The notes under the pieces are model-generated. The model was given only the letters and a program-made list of their open reading frames with translations, searched no databases and was not told the DNA's origin. From positions 1 to 55,451 of IMG/VR virus record IMGVR_UViG_3300030090_003512: a stretch of 55,451 nucleotides of DNA; one strand, given 5' to 3'. The translations under genes were made by a program, and so were the position numbers. Every line of letters begins with the position of its first letter. Within the stretch, counting starts at the first letter, position 1. Below are positions 19,401 through 29,034 of this stretch, piece after piece. This DNA comes from a virus (taxonomy: Duplodnaviria > Caudoviricetes).

Positions 19401-19923
19401 AATAATCTTTTGCGTCAACACCCTGTCCAACCATAACAACGTTACCTTGCCTTGTATATATAGGAGGCATAGCGTACTCAGTAATAGCATTTATGTTAGC
19501 GTCTAAAAGTCCTGACTCAGCGAGCTCTGTATTGCCTTTTATTTCAGCAGTTTTTTTAGCTATAAACTCCGTCCCAAACTTAGCGTCTTGAACGATACTT
19601 AAATATTGATTTTTAGCCTGTACAAAAGCAGCTTCGTTAGCACCGCTAGGATCTAACTCAAAATTTGTAGCAGCTTCTTGATAAATATCTAAAGCCATCT
19701 GTGCTGCACCCTGATACTTTTGATTGATCTGTCCTGGTACAGCTTCCCCTGCAGCAGCTTGAGGGTTTAACGATTTCATTTTAGCGTCCCTTTGTGCGGC
19801 TCTTTCTTGAGCTACAGCAAGGATAGGGTTGGTAAATTGCTCTGCAACATTTCTTCCGATAGCCCCGTAGTCTATGTTGGGTGCTAAAAACCCTGTTTTA
19901 AATCGTGTACCTTGTTCAGACAT
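16402..19923 (-). CDS. Internal virion protein with C-terminal CHAP/NlpC-P60-like (TIGR02594-type) peptidoglycan hydrolase
   Basis: PWCAAFI...ARNY...GDIVV...HVG...GGNQGDRV. Confidence 0.8.
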   Translation of the reverse strand: MSEQGTRFKTGFLAPNIDYGAIGRNVAEQFTNPILAVAQERAAQRDAKMKSLNPQAAAGEAVPGQINQKYQGAAQMALDIYQEAATNFELDPSGANEAAFVQAKNQYLSIVQDAKFGTEFIAKKTAEIKGNTELAESGLLDANINAITEYAMPPIYTRQGNVVMVGQGVDAKDYFNSGVTASNADNLFYETGSIVGDYKFLGSAVGKEVFNSQFATKKGLSASQGGYQETQVIQGISQPVVIGFDEEGFSADVADQYNVFASNNRTMWNAAAMEGYKFMYAGNRDLQSGDLESINNTMHPELFNLRNQDSVSISKVTGFETDGTPIYAISIEDIETGIKSGEMQFIDPASGQPSSPSGITMDHIKNFRNGQTIHAREYYNTIRGQFPQVDEDAVAEMLSGVTTGPTGLTRTIFTAYADDQPAADPTLANAYSNMSVGSIANGGNFKKVTVSNVQIDVEKAIINLQTGEVIGYKIAKDQELIDRLQGMQNRSQSQTDLLALLTEEADIYVNSATDSAAFTNIQQQLEGQERTGKASTYNTLLAQAMSQLGSSIQAQAQGQANSNVNNLNQGAGGGNQNNNAQGGKIQMDQGGVVPGGTNGDDETNGDQKENGDQKENGDQKENGDQKMKYDPVLQKMVPVEEEDSEVLEFAVNPNLRYDPVNNTFVELTDLAQSKEGTMEKLPGKEAGPIDTGVETPSLFAQIVSYNEPTKKEKRREKRRKKRDEKDIAKMTKQLGGQEVIDEFERETEEALAEKVARELEQNKFEIEAEAKRIEEEKARVADGLTASDEKIAEFMGGYLQGLVPNPFNPDEKNQEPYANAELLVEGSDTYEFDLANMILRFGMPGEGTKHYEAAQALDINKYGITTAEAGATIPNTSTLINRGAPLSDFVDFNDSKEDQAMSLLSNIIDFGSIEDDIVATIKEMFRSSLSTSGQIESDPDFKSWWGKAVKKSKAQYDDPVPPWCAAFIADLLIEAGAEEEVPEGWGAIRARNYTQLGTNVFNNVGMVLGSNVQQEQLSDARVGDIVVKGKWVSKTEVIGYEDLPDGTPGTEDNGATEITRKSWSYQQHVGLFAGFTQDADGNDMVMVIGGNQGDRVKISTYPIIEQTVIGYEDLPDGTKGTKDNGAKPKVRNGGVESIRRVSVPLLNPAEAEAISTLIVARGGETEILDESTR
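18047..18115. repeat. 18-bp tandem repeat, ~3.8 copies (TTCTGATCACCGTTTTCT), encoding NGDQKE
   Basis: Direct inspection. Confidence 0.95.
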
Positions 19924-20791
19924 CTCTTTCGAATCTTAGTAATAATTTTAATAAATATTTATGCAGTGGAGTATCACCTTCCTTTGCTAACTTAAATAAT
20001 GTTTCAGACTGCTCTGGGTTGAATACATACTCACCCCCAGTAAGCTCCGCCTCCTTCACTCCGCTTTCCTCATCGACAACAGCTTTTTTGTTTGTGTCGT
20101 GATCGAACTCCCCTTCTGTAACAAATGGCGCTTCTTTAGTTTTTCCGCCCATTCGATACCCTACTTTCATGCCTTTTTTGCCTGTACCTATAGCAGCCCC
20201 AGTAATACCTCCAGCAAGCCCTGCAATACCCCCAGCTATATTAGCAAAGTTTTGTATTCTTTGCTGATCAGCTTGCGCTACTTGAGCTTCTGCTAAAGCT
20301 TTAGCGTCGTATCCAAACTCTATATTTCTTGCGCTACGAGCTTCTTGTAGCTGAGTACTTCTTTCTTCAGCAGCCCCTAACTGCATAAGAGCTTCGGATT
20401 GTAGCCTCTGTTGAGTAAGAGCTTCTTCTCTTTGCGACCTTTGCGCTTGTGCTGTAGCTCCAGCTAAAGCACCCAACCCTCTAGCACCAAACTGTGTAGC
20501 AGCTTGCGCTGTAGTAGCTAGCGACCTGTTTATATCATCCATCCTCATCTGCAAAAGCCTTTGATCATACGCTCCTTTAACACCCTCGTAATATGCTGAC
20601 GGTGTAGATAGAGATGGTTGCGAAGCTCTAAGGTCTGCCAGTTCTTGTAAAGCAGTGTCTAAATTTGCTGATGCTCGTTCCTCTAGCTCTTCTTGATTTG
20701 CCATACCAACAATACCACCTACAAGTTGGCCTATGCCACTTGCTGCTGAGCCTATTGATTGAACTTGTGCGACTGTTAATGGATTTGACAT
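19916..20791 (-). CDS. Small internal virion/ejection protein
   Basis: Gly/Ala-rich hydrophobic segments flanking a Gln/Ala coiled coil; first gene after the nozzle. Confidence 0.7.
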   Translation of the reverse strand: MSNPLTVAQVQSIGSAASGIGQLVGGIVGMANQEELEERASANLDTALQELADLRASQPSLSTPSAYYEGVKGAYDQRLLQMRMDDINRSLATTAQAATQFGARGLGALAGATAQAQRSQREEALTQQRLQSEALMQLGAAEERSTQLQEARSARNIEFGYDAKALAEAQVAQADQQRIQNFANIAGGIAGLAGGITGAAIGTGKKGMKVGYRMGGKTKEAPFVTEGEFDHDTNKKAVVDEESGVKEAELTGGEYVFNPEQSETLFKLAKEGDTPLHKYLLKLLLRFERDV

Positions 20792-20794
20792 ATT

Positions 20795-23700
20795 TTACTT
20801 TTTATCTTGTGATGGGACTGATGAATTATTATGCAAAGGAGAAGACTTGTACACCATGTTTACAGCAAACAACTCTACTGGTGTAGTAGCTGTATTTGTC
20901 AAAGCAACTTGAGCATGATAGTCTCTCATTTTATCCCCGTTTATACTAGCCGTTGATACAGCCATAACTGTATCGCCTGCTGAAAGGCCAGAAACAGTAC
21001 CACTAGCGGTAATCTGTTTTCTGCCTGATATAGAAGCAATAGTAACACTTAAACTTGTTTCTGATGAACTTTCTAATTTAAACAAGGTATCTCCAATTCC
21101 AAACGGCAAGTTACTAATTTTTGAGGTAAACGTTATAGTAGATCCGCTAACAGAGTCTACTTGACCTAACACAACTTTATGTGATGTATTGTTTGTAGAA
21201 TTTGCTGTAGTATCTTTTTCTATTTGCCTATAATACATACCCTCTCTTTCTTCAAACTCCGTCGAAGCCATCGTACCTGTAGTCTGTTCTGTATTAGAAA
21301 CTACGGCACTCCAAGAAGAGTTGCCTTCTAAACTCATAGCATCATATACCTTTACATCGCTAGGATTAGCTCTAGATACTAGCGTAAGTGTAGAATTGTT
21401 TTGACCTCCATAGAAGTTGTTTCTAGTTTCATTAACATTGTGCCTGTACATAACACCATCAAAAAAAGAAAAGAACCTATCATGAAGTTTTTCATACATC
21501 TCTGGCTGGAAAGAGTAAAACGTCAACCAAAAATCCTTAGTTGTAGAATAAGCTATTGTTTCTGCTGTTACATGAGCACTTGTTGATGTTAGCGTCAAGG
21601 ATATAGAAGATCCGTCAGATTGTTTTGTTACAGATGACGGTAAATTAACACTACTGTCTTTTAAAGAAACTGTAGCTGTACCACCTAAACTGCTATTGCT
21701 TGTAGTAAGTTTTACATTGATGCTACTTGTAGAACTTCTTAAAGCACTATCAACAACACAGCTTCCTCTATCAGCTAGTTTATCTAAAACAATAACGCCA
21801 TTACCAGAGTTATCCCACTCTTGATCTTCTAATTGAAAGTTATCTGAAAGTTTTTCCCAAGTGCTATTGCCACCATCTTTAAAAATAATATCGCATAAAG
21901 CATCACTAAAAGTAGTGGTACTAGACTTTTCTACGTTACTTAAAATTCCTCCATTTACTGAGGGCACACTGACTGCATTTTTATCTATAGCCTGGATAGT
22001 AACGATATACTCATCGTTGTCTGGATCTAATCCACATGGTATATATGCAGTTTGAACTATGGAGTTTATATCAGAAAATTTAGTTCCGAAATAAGAATCC
22101 ATATTATTTGCGCTTACAACTTTTATTCCTTTACCACTTATTTCTACAACAGCACCCTTTGCCACATCACAAAAGTATATTTTACCAAAACGCTCTACTA
22201 CGCTTTCTGGTTGTTTCCCTGGACCATAGTCACCACCAAAAAAAGTTTCTGTACCCATAACATTCATGGATGTTACAAGCTGCCCTCCGCCAGCATCTTC
22301 AATGAGCGTACGACCTATAGGTGTGCTAGAAACTTTGTTTTCTTGCATTACCATAAGAGTTTCACTGTTATCTAGCATAAAGCATATATCTCCATCACGA
22401 CTATTGTAATCTTTAAATGGAAATAAAGATGGGTTGAAAGACGATAGGTTTAGTCTACTAGAATCTAAAGCAAACGCATCGCTATACGTAACAGAAGAAG
22501 TCCTTTGTATTTCAGCTTGCTCTGGCATTTCTACATGTGGTCTTCCTATAGCAACAGCCTTAGAGTCGAAAAAATCGCTAACTGACTCGTCTTCAATGTA
22601 ATACCTTTTATAAAGCTGATCAGAAGGTTTAGCAGGGTTTGGTTGGTTGTTAATAGCAGAATCTCTGACATTAGATAAAAGACTTCTTCTTCTAAAATAT
22701 ACATCCCCAAAAGTTAAAGTGATAGCCCCAAAAAACATTCCATTAGCACTGTTTAAAGGTATGCTTTGCCCTATTAAAGATACCAATGGTTGAGGTAAAT
22801 TTGGTTGGAAAGTGTATGTAAAACCTCCGTCCTGAACAGGAAGAACTTGAGTGATAAAAACATTTTGATTAGCTAGTTGTTGAAAAAAAACTTGATCTCC
22901 TACATACAACCTCTGATTACTAAAAAATGTATTAAGTGAATCTACAGTTAAAGAAAACGGATCAGGGCTTGTGTTCGGCCTATCTCCTGCGTGTGTTCTT
23001 ACACCATTCACTTCTACTATATCAAATGCTTTTCCTACCTCATAAAAGATTTGATTTTCTACTTGAGACTTAGGTCTGTAAATTTCTACAATACAATCAT
23101 TATGAAAAAAATCTGTGTTTGATAATACAGAAGCAGCATTAAAATTATTGATTCCCTCATCTCGTATACCTAAATACCACCCTGTTCTTCTATAATTATT
23201 TTCGTTATCTAAAAGACTACTTGAGGACAAACTTATTGGGTTCGTTTCATCATCAGGAAAGTACTTGTAAAAGCTTATAGGAAACTCTACTAGCGGTCTA
23301 ATTATATTTAGATTAATATCTAAGCATTGCAAAATACGCAACATATCGCCCTCTTTATATTCATAAGAAAGCAACGATCCTTTTGATTCTTTATGAGAAT
23401 TATTTTTCCCCTCCAAAGCCCTCATAGAAAGATAAATTGTTCCTTGAGTAGCATTAGCTAAAGCAGATTCTATAGGCCTAGTAAGAGGAGCTGAATCCCC
23501 TGCGCCAGTTGGGGCTAATGGATCAGAGTATGTTTCTGTCTTACCTAAAGCCGCCTCCATAATCGATGTATGAAGTATTTTTTCATACGTTGTATTTTTC
23601 GAATATACAGGCGCCCATTTGCTAGCCCAGTAAGGAGGATCGTGAAGTACTTTTATATCTATATGTGTCTTCCCGTTATTGCCAAACCTGTCTTCTTTCC

Positions 23701-26071
23701 CAAAATGTGATACACTAACGCTATTTAATTTCTGAACTGCTGACGGTCTATTTTTTTCATCATAGTAAACTATCCCAAATTCATGATCTGCACCCGCTTT
23801 AAATGAAGGTCCTGAAATACCGTCTTCTGTAACATAATCTATACTAGAAAATGCTACACGAAAACCTTCATATCCTGTTACTATACCATTAGAAAAACTA
23901 TCTATTAGGGTATGCGAATCGTTATTTGAAGTAAAGTTTTCACTTCCTATATTGATTGGAACAAACTGAAAATTATCATAAAATTGACTTAGTGGCTCTG
24001 CTGTTTGTAAAATAGCATCTGCATCAAAAGCTGTTTCTGCAAATCCAAAACTAAAAAGCTCAAGTAACGCCTGACTAAAATTTTGATCGTCCTCAACAAC
24101 CGATTCAGAATAGATATTTCCTGTAAAACTACAGCTGTTAATAGCAAGATTACTTTCAACAACTCTCATGTGAAATCTAACTTTATCAACCCCGTTATCA
24201 TTAACATAATGTCCTTGATAAAGCTCAAATATAATAGGGCCGTCTATATTTAAGTGTACGGATTGACTGAACAGATTTGTCAATACAACTACCCCTCCTT
24301 GATTAATATTTGATTGGGGAGAAACTTCTGGAGGTAAAGCATTCGAAGTACCCCGTGCATTTATTCCTTCAGCTTCGAAAAGCCCAATACCCGTAAGACC
24401 ATTTAAAGAGTTTGCTATTTTGTTAGCAAAATTTTCTATTGCACTATTTCCTCCTCCAGATGCACTTGATGTAAGGAGAGATACTGTTTCAAAATTTATA
24501 CTGCCTTGAGGCGTTAAGCTGTTTATGCAGCGATCTGGGCTTGAAAAGCTTCCTTGATCGTAACGTGTTAAAAAATCAAATGCAAATGAGCTTGGTAAAT
24601 TCACATACCCACTTAAAGTTTCAATTAATCCTGGATTACTACCATCTTCATTAACAAAATTTGCTATGGCAGTAAAACCTCCAGAGTCGTCACTAAACAA
24701 ACCCATTGCTAAAGAATCACAAATTACACCTATACTACAAACAAAATTTCCTCCTGGTATAACAGCTAAATCAGAAAATTCACTTATGTCTATATCAACT
24801 GTAACTGGAGCGGTTGTAGGTGCAGAAGATGTAAGAGCGCTATTATTTGCATTTGGCGTTGATAGAAATTGAGAAAAAGTATTAGAGGTAAATGATAAAC
24901 TGTCTTGAGCAGGAATACCCTTAAAATACTTATATACCGTATTTTCATCTATAGTACCGTCAGCCCCAAAACTTTCTAAAAGCAAGGCTTCATCTGCGAT
25001 GATATTAAAGTCTTGTGGTGTAGTATTATACAAAGGGTTAATATCAACTCTAGCTTCTATGTTATCAAAGCCCTCTAAGTAATTGCCATAAAATAATCTG
25101 TTGTTACTTATTGCTTGTGCAAAAGCTCTTCTAGGCACAGAATCAAATAATTTATTAGCTTCCTGATCAGGCAAAAAAGTGTATATCCCATCATTAGTAA
25201 AGTCTATAGTTTGAGTACCAACTATATGATCTACCTCATCAATCCTAAAAAATGCACCCTCATTATTACGTCTAGCAAAAACTCTAATTTTTTCTATTGG
25301 AGCTTGTAATCCAGTTAGAGTAAGTCTTAGTGTATTATTTTGATTTTCAAAAAAGTTTTGCGTTGTAATGTTGTGAGCCATGTTAGTTCTACTGACAGTA
25401 AGCTCCGAGTATTGTGATAAAGCACTTACCTCTCCGTCATCATACACATATTGATATGCAAACTGAAAGCAGTTGTTTTTTAAAGCGTTAGAAGAAATAC
25501 CTTCTGTACTTAAAAACTCAAACGTAATAGGAGTTTGCGGAGCAGCCTTACATACAGTCAAATAATTGTCTGCTGTAGCAGTATTATCTACACCTGCATC
25601 ATAGTTATTTTCTAAAGCTTTGGTAGCATTTATCTTTCGTGGTTCGTTTCTGTTATCTGTAAAATACAGAAGGTGCTCCCCAAACTGATTTATAACCACA
25701 TCAGCTTTAATAAAACTACTCAAAGAAAAGTTTAACGCACTATTTTCATATATCTTGATGTATGTATTTGTAGCATGGCTATAATGATATATACCGTGAT
25801 TGCCGTTTGAGTTGTATAAAAAAAAGTATATGCATTTACCAGCTTCTGAAGCAACTGATCCTAACACACTATTCGTGCCAGTAGGATATGCTTCGCTAAG
25901 TCCCGAAGCTGCTATAGCAGTGTTACCAAGAACGTTTTTTAATATACCTTGATCTCCATCAGACTCATGAGATACACGCACATTAAGTGCGTCTGACATT
26001 TCTACTCCCTTAATAAGCCTAGCATCCTCATCTTTATTGAGGTACTGCGGTATGAGTTTATCAATAGCCAT
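20795..26071 (-). CDS. Tail nozzle/stabilisation protein (P22 gp10/T7 gp12/crAss muzzle-like)
   Basis: LNKDEDARLI...ALNVR start, LYFTDNRNEPRKIN, NRLFYGNYLEG, FGIVYYD, GLDPDNDEY; follows the ring proteins. Confidence 0.8.
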   Translation of the reverse strand: MAIDKLIPQYLNKDEDARLIKGVEMSDALNVRVSHESDGDQGILKNVLGNTAIAASGLSEAYPTGTNSVLGSVASEAGKCIYFFLYNSNGNHGIYHYSHATNTYIKIYENSALNFSLSSFIKADVVINQFGEHLLYFTDNRNEPRKINATKALENNYDAGVDNTATADNYLTVCKAAPQTPITFEFLSTEGISSNALKNNCFQFAYQYVYDDGEVSALSQYSELTVSRTNMAHNITTQNFFENQNNTLRLTLTGLQAPIEKIRVFARRNNEGAFFRIDEVDHIVGTQTIDFTNDGIYTFLPDQEANKLFDSVPRRAFAQAISNNRLFYGNYLEGFDNIEARVDINPLYNTTPQDFNIIADEALLLESFGADGTIDENTVYKYFKGIPAQDSLSFTSNTFSQFLSTPNANNSALTSSAPTTAPVTVDIDISEFSDLAVIPGGNFVCSIGVICDSLAMGLFSDDSGGFTAIANFVNEDGSNPGLIETLSGYVNLPSSFAFDFLTRYDQGSFSSPDRCINSLTPQGSINFETVSLLTSSASGGGNSAIENFANKIANSLNGLTGIGLFEAEGINARGTSNALPPEVSPQSNINQGGVVVLTNLFSQSVHLNIDGPIIFELYQGHYVNDNGVDKVRFHMRVVESNLAINSCSFTGNIYSESVVEDDQNFSQALLELFSFGFAETAFDADAILQTAEPLSQFYDNFQFVPINIGSENFTSNNDSHTLIDSFSNGIVTGYEGFRVAFSSIDYVTEDGISGPSFKAGADHEFGIVYYDEKNRPSAVQKLNSVSVSHFGKEDRFGNNGKTHIDIKVLHDPPYWASKWAPVYSKNTTYEKILHTSIMEAALGKTETYSDPLAPTGAGDSAPLTRPIESALANATQGTIYLSMRALEGKNNSHKESKGSLLSYEYKEGDMLRILQCLDINLNIIRPLVEFPISFYKYFPDDETNPISLSSSSLLDNENNYRRTGWYLGIRDEGINNFNAASVLSNTDFFHNDCIVEIYRPKSQVENQIFYEVGKAFDIVEVNGVRTHAGDRPNTSPDPFSLTVDSLNTFFSNQRLYVGDQVFFQQLANQNVFITQVLPVQDGGFTYTFQPNLPQPLVSLIGQSIPLNSANGMFFGAITLTFGDVYFRRRSLLSNVRDSAINNQPNPAKPSDQLYKRYYIEDESVSDFFDSKAVAIGRPHVEMPEQAEIQRTSSVTYSDAFALDSSRLNLSSFNPSLFPFKDYNSRDGDICFMLDNSETLMVMQENKVSSTPIGRTLIEDAGGGQLVTSMNVMGTETFFGGDYGPGKQPESVVERFGKIYFCDVAKGAVVEISGKGIKVVSANNMDSYFGTKFSDINSIVQTAYIPCGLDPDNDEYIVTIQAIDKNAVSVPSVNGGILSNVEKSSTTTFSDALCDIIFKDGGNSTWEKLSDNFQLEDQEWDNSGNGVIVLDKLADRGSCVVDSALRSSTSSINVKLTTSNSSLGGTATVSLKDSSVNLPSSVTKQSDGSSISLTLTSTSAHVTAETIAYSTTKDFWLTFYSFQPEMYEKLHDRFFSFFDGVMYRHNVNETRNNFYGGQNNSTLTLVSRANPSDVKVYDAMSLEGNSSWSAVVSNTEQTTGTMASTEFEEREGMYYRQIEKDTTANSTNNTSHKVVLGQVDSVSGSTITFTSKISNLPFGIGDTLFKLESSSETSLSVTIASISGRKQITASGTVSGLSAGDTVMAVSTASINGDKMRDYHAQVALTNTATTPVELFAVNMVYKSSPLHNNSSVPSQDKK

Positions 26072-26880
26072 TAATACTTAGGTGCTTGTTTAAAGTTTTT
26101 ACGAATAGTTTTAAGAGCTTCCTCTTTACTAAATGCTTTCAGTCTAGCGTTAGCTTTTCTACGCTCGTTATAGTACTCTGAGCGTGCCCTAGCTTTTTCA
26201 GCCATGGGGACATTGCTTTTCCTTTCTATAATCTTGTAGTATATATATGATCGCAAAGCTTCCTCTGCCTCTATATGTACAGTAGGATTTACAGATCTAG
26301 CTTCGTCAGCAATATATTCTATAACAATTTCGTTAACACTACTGTTAGAAGAAAACTCTATTCTGTTTTGATCGAGGTTAAGTCTATACTCCCCCTCGTA
26401 AAAGCCTCCGCCTAAACCGTAGATCTGACCAATATTGTTTTGGTATATGTAGTTAGAGAACACAATAAAGTCGTCAGCACCGAATACACCGCCAGTGGCT
26501 ATACTGCCTTTAGAATCTACTCTATCAAACACTCCGTCTCCATCGCTATCGATAGAATTACCTGCTGCATCAGTTCTATAAGCTTGAGAGTAGTTTATGT
26601 TTTTGTTTTCCCCAAAGACATGTACAAGTCCGTCGCTACCTACGATACCTACCTTTACTAAACTCACAAAGTCGTCAGGTAAATCAACAGTATTGTTGGT
26701 TCCTGCTGCAAGCTTTATAGAGCGTACTCTCTGCAACAAATCGAAACCCATTTCTCTAATACCACGCAAAGCATAGTTGTGAATAAGAGTATCTGAGGCG
26801 TTGTTTGCATAATCGTCACCCTCTAGTGTAAGAACAAAGTCATTGACTACTTGATCTACTGTAACTAAATTTCTTGCCAT
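26071..26880 (-). CDS. Tail ring/adaptor protein
   Basis: Position; VDLPDDFVSLVKV and EEALRSYIYY patterns. Confidence 0.7.
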   Translation of the reverse strand: MARNLVTVDQVVNDFVLTLEGDDYANNASDTLIHNYALRGIREMGFDLLQRVRSIKLAAGTNNTVDLPDDFVSLVKVGIVGSDGLVHVFGENKNINYSQAYRTDAAGNSIDSDGDGVFDRVDSKGSIATGGVFGADDFIVFSNYIYQNNIGQIYGLGGGFYEGEYRLNLDQNRIEFSSNSSVNEIVIEYIADEARSVNPTVHIEAEEALRSYIYYKIIERKSNVPMAEKARARSEYYNERRKANARLKAFSKEEALKTIRKNFKQAPKY

Positions 26881-26883
26881 CTC

Positions 26884-27624
26884 TTATCGTCTTTGTTGTG
26901 TTTGTTGTCCCCCTGTAGCATATGCATATACATCTCTATCACGAAGGTTTACTCCTATAAGTTTGCCCATCTCTAAAACCAACTCAGAGGTATAGTGTTC
27001 TGGTAACTCAAAGTCTACCGATGTTGATGCTTCGTAAGTTTCTTTACCATTTGATAAAGTAAAGCCAAACCTAGGAAGAGCAACAGTTTTTGCGTCAGTA
27101 CGAGGATCTAACCCTTCTGGTTGCTTGTAGTAACGCATGGTAATTCTGTTTACGCTTGTCGGGAATACAGTGATTGTATCCCTCACAAGCGCAACAGGCT
27201 TTGACTTAGTAGGAGCAGAAAGACTACTTAAAAGTATTCTGTCGATCTTTTCTTCGTCATATACTGAATCTATCATAACAGAGTTTGTTACGTCGAGAAG
27301 GACATCACCAAACGTCTTAAGGCTAATCAGTCTAGCAAAGTCGTCAGGTTTAGCAAACGATCCACTTGCCTTAGTGATGTTTGTCTGTACAGAAAAGACA
27401 GCGAGGTCTTCCTTAATCTGTTTACTTCTAGACTTATCTCTTGCAGGATCTACGTTTCTTTTACGTAGAGCCTCTACATTGGTAAGCTCTTGAAACAGCC
27501 TGTTAAAAATATTCTGTTGTGCTATAGGAGCAAAAGAGTTGAACTCCGTAGGAGTAACAAACCCTCGCTCATCTTTGTTAGCTAAATCGCTTAATGCGTT
27601 GTATACCTCTCTTACGCTTGCCAT
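26884..27624 (-). CDS. Tail ring/adaptor protein
   Basis: NKDERGFVTPTEFN, YYKQP and FELPE patterns; position. Confidence 0.7.
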   Translation of the reverse strand: MASVREVYNALSDLANKDERGFVTPTEFNSFAPIAQQNIFNRLFQELTNVEALRKRNVDPARDKSRSKQIKEDLAVFSVQTNITKASGSFAKPDDFARLISLKTFGDVLLDVTNSVMIDSVYDEEKIDRILLSSLSAPTKSKPVALVRDTITVFPTSVNRITMRYYKQPEGLDPRTDAKTVALPRFGFTLSNGKETYEASTSVDFELPEHYTSELVLEMGKLIGVNLRDRDVYAYATGGQQTQQRR

Positions 27625-27643
27625 TACATTTATAGTTGTATGG

Positions 27644-27651
27644 CAAATATA
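27644..27651 (-). promoter_or_regulatory. Late promoter -7 element TATATTTG
   Basis: One of seven identical octamers upstream of - strand genes. Confidence 0.7.
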
Positions 27652-27677
27652 AGAAAAAGGGAGCAGTGCCCCCTTTT
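27652..27677 (-). terminator. Probable intrinsic terminator
   Basis: AAAAGGG/CCCTTTT inverted repeat with a U-rich tail on the - strand, downstream of 27707..28561. Confidence 0.55.
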
Positions 27678-27706
27678 CCCATTAGCTATGAAGAAATGAA
27701 ATGTAT

Positions 27707-28561
27707 TTAAGCAATCTCTTCGAGTTGCCTGTTTATTTCATTGAGAACAGATGAGCCCTTGTCTGTTAAACAAAAGCGTGTCATGGTATCAATTGCATCC
27801 TGTCCTACAGGAACCGAAACTACGAGTTTTCCTGTATCTGACCAAACAATTACTCCCTTTTTTTCTGATATGATCTGGAAGTCCATGGCTTGCATAACGC
27901 TAGTTCGTGCGTGAACAAGTGGGTTATCGAACATCTCGATAAACTTTTGTGGCTTTTTCTTTGCGTATAATACCAAAGCTCTTTTTACCTGCAAGTCTTT
28001 TTGATTCGTATTGATTTTCAAAGACATAGCTACAGGTAGAAGCTCCTCTATAGGTCTAGCTTTAATTAAAGATATAGCATCGTGTACTAAGAACTCGTCT
28101 TCTATTTCTTTTTCTACATCTACAGTTTTATCTATAAGCTTAAATGCCCCACCACCATTTGCATAGTTATCTGGGTGCTTATCTAAAAACTCTCTAAGTG
28201 TAGGTTGATCGTAACGAACAAGAAGCATTTTATTTCTAAACACTACATGTTCCCTAACAGCTTGATCTGATTGCTCGTCTACATAAATAGATGGCTCTCC
28301 TGGGCAGTATCTAATTGCTCTTCTTTGCCCTGTCTCATCATCAAATACAGTAAGCCTGTTTGCTCTTAGTTTAAAAAACACACCTCCCTTTCCGCCGATA
28401 GTTTCATACAGCTTAGGTAGTTTTTCTTCATTAGGAAGTGTTCTTTTGATTGTAGACTTTTTAGCTTTTACAGCTTTCTTTGGCGCTGCCTCTGGAGCAG
28501 GGCTAGTCTCTTTGCGAGCTATAGGACGGCCTCGCTGTACCGTGGTTTTTTCTTGTGTCAT
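27707..28561 (-). CDS. Conserved phage protein downstream of the capsid genes
   Basis: ORF track; long ORF with an AT-rich leader. Confidence 0.8.
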   Translation of the reverse strand: MTQEKTTVQRGRPIARKETSPAPEAAPKKAVKAKKSTIKRTLPNEEKLPKLYETIGGKGGVFFKLRANRLTVFDDETGQRRAIRYCPGEPSIYVDEQSDQAVREHVVFRNKMLLVRYDQPTLREFLDKHPDNYANGGGAFKLIDKTVDVEKEIEDEFLVHDAISLIKARPIEELLPVAMSLKINTNQKDLQVKRALVLYAKKKPQKFIEMFDNPLVHARTSVMQAMDFQIISEKKGVIVWSDTGKLVVSVPVGQDAIDTMTRFCLTDKGSSVLNEINRQLEEIA

Positions 28562-28580
28562 AATTAAATCGTATTAAATT

Positions 28581-28617
28581 AAAAGGAAAGTGGGGAGAGC
28601 CATTCCCTCCCCCTTTC
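28581..28617 (-). terminator. Intrinsic terminator after the capsid operon
   Basis: GAAAG-TGGGGAG...CTCCCC-CTTTC stem followed by TTTT on the - strand. Confidence 0.65.
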
Positions 28618-28636
28618 GGTGTAGTATAAATTTAGT

Positions 28637-29014
28637 TTATGCTTGAGCAGCAGAAACTGAGAAGTCACCAACAGAGGTAATGCCTGAAACAGCATATTCT
28701 GCAGCATGATCATCAGCTACAACAATAAACTTGCTTCTAGAATTAGCAAATAATTCTACTAAATCTTTCATTACTGTTTTTTGAGTATTAGCAGTTGTTA
28801 TAGTAATAACAACTGAATCGTTTAAATAATCAGCATTTGCTCCTTCACCGCCACTGTAGGCATTTACTTTAGGTTTAAAGTAAAGTGTCATAGTGCTATT
28901 ACCAGTAGACTCCATTCCTAAGAATGATGATAACGGGTAAATGTTAGATCCTTTAGCATTATCATCGTCTTCAGCAAGAGTTGCATCGCTACGGAAGTAT
29001 AGATATTTTTCCAT
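28637..29014 (-). CDS. Probable auxiliary capsid/decoration protein
   Basis: Directly after the MCP and before the terminator. Confidence 0.55.
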   Translation of the reverse strand: MEKYLYFRSDATLAEDDDNAKGSNIYPLSSFLGMESTGNSTMTLYFKPKVNAYSGGEGANADYLNDSVVITITTANTQKTVMKDLVELFANSRSKFIVVADDHAAEYAVSGITSVGDFSVSAAQA

Positions 29015-29034
29015 TTTTTCTATTAATTAAAAGA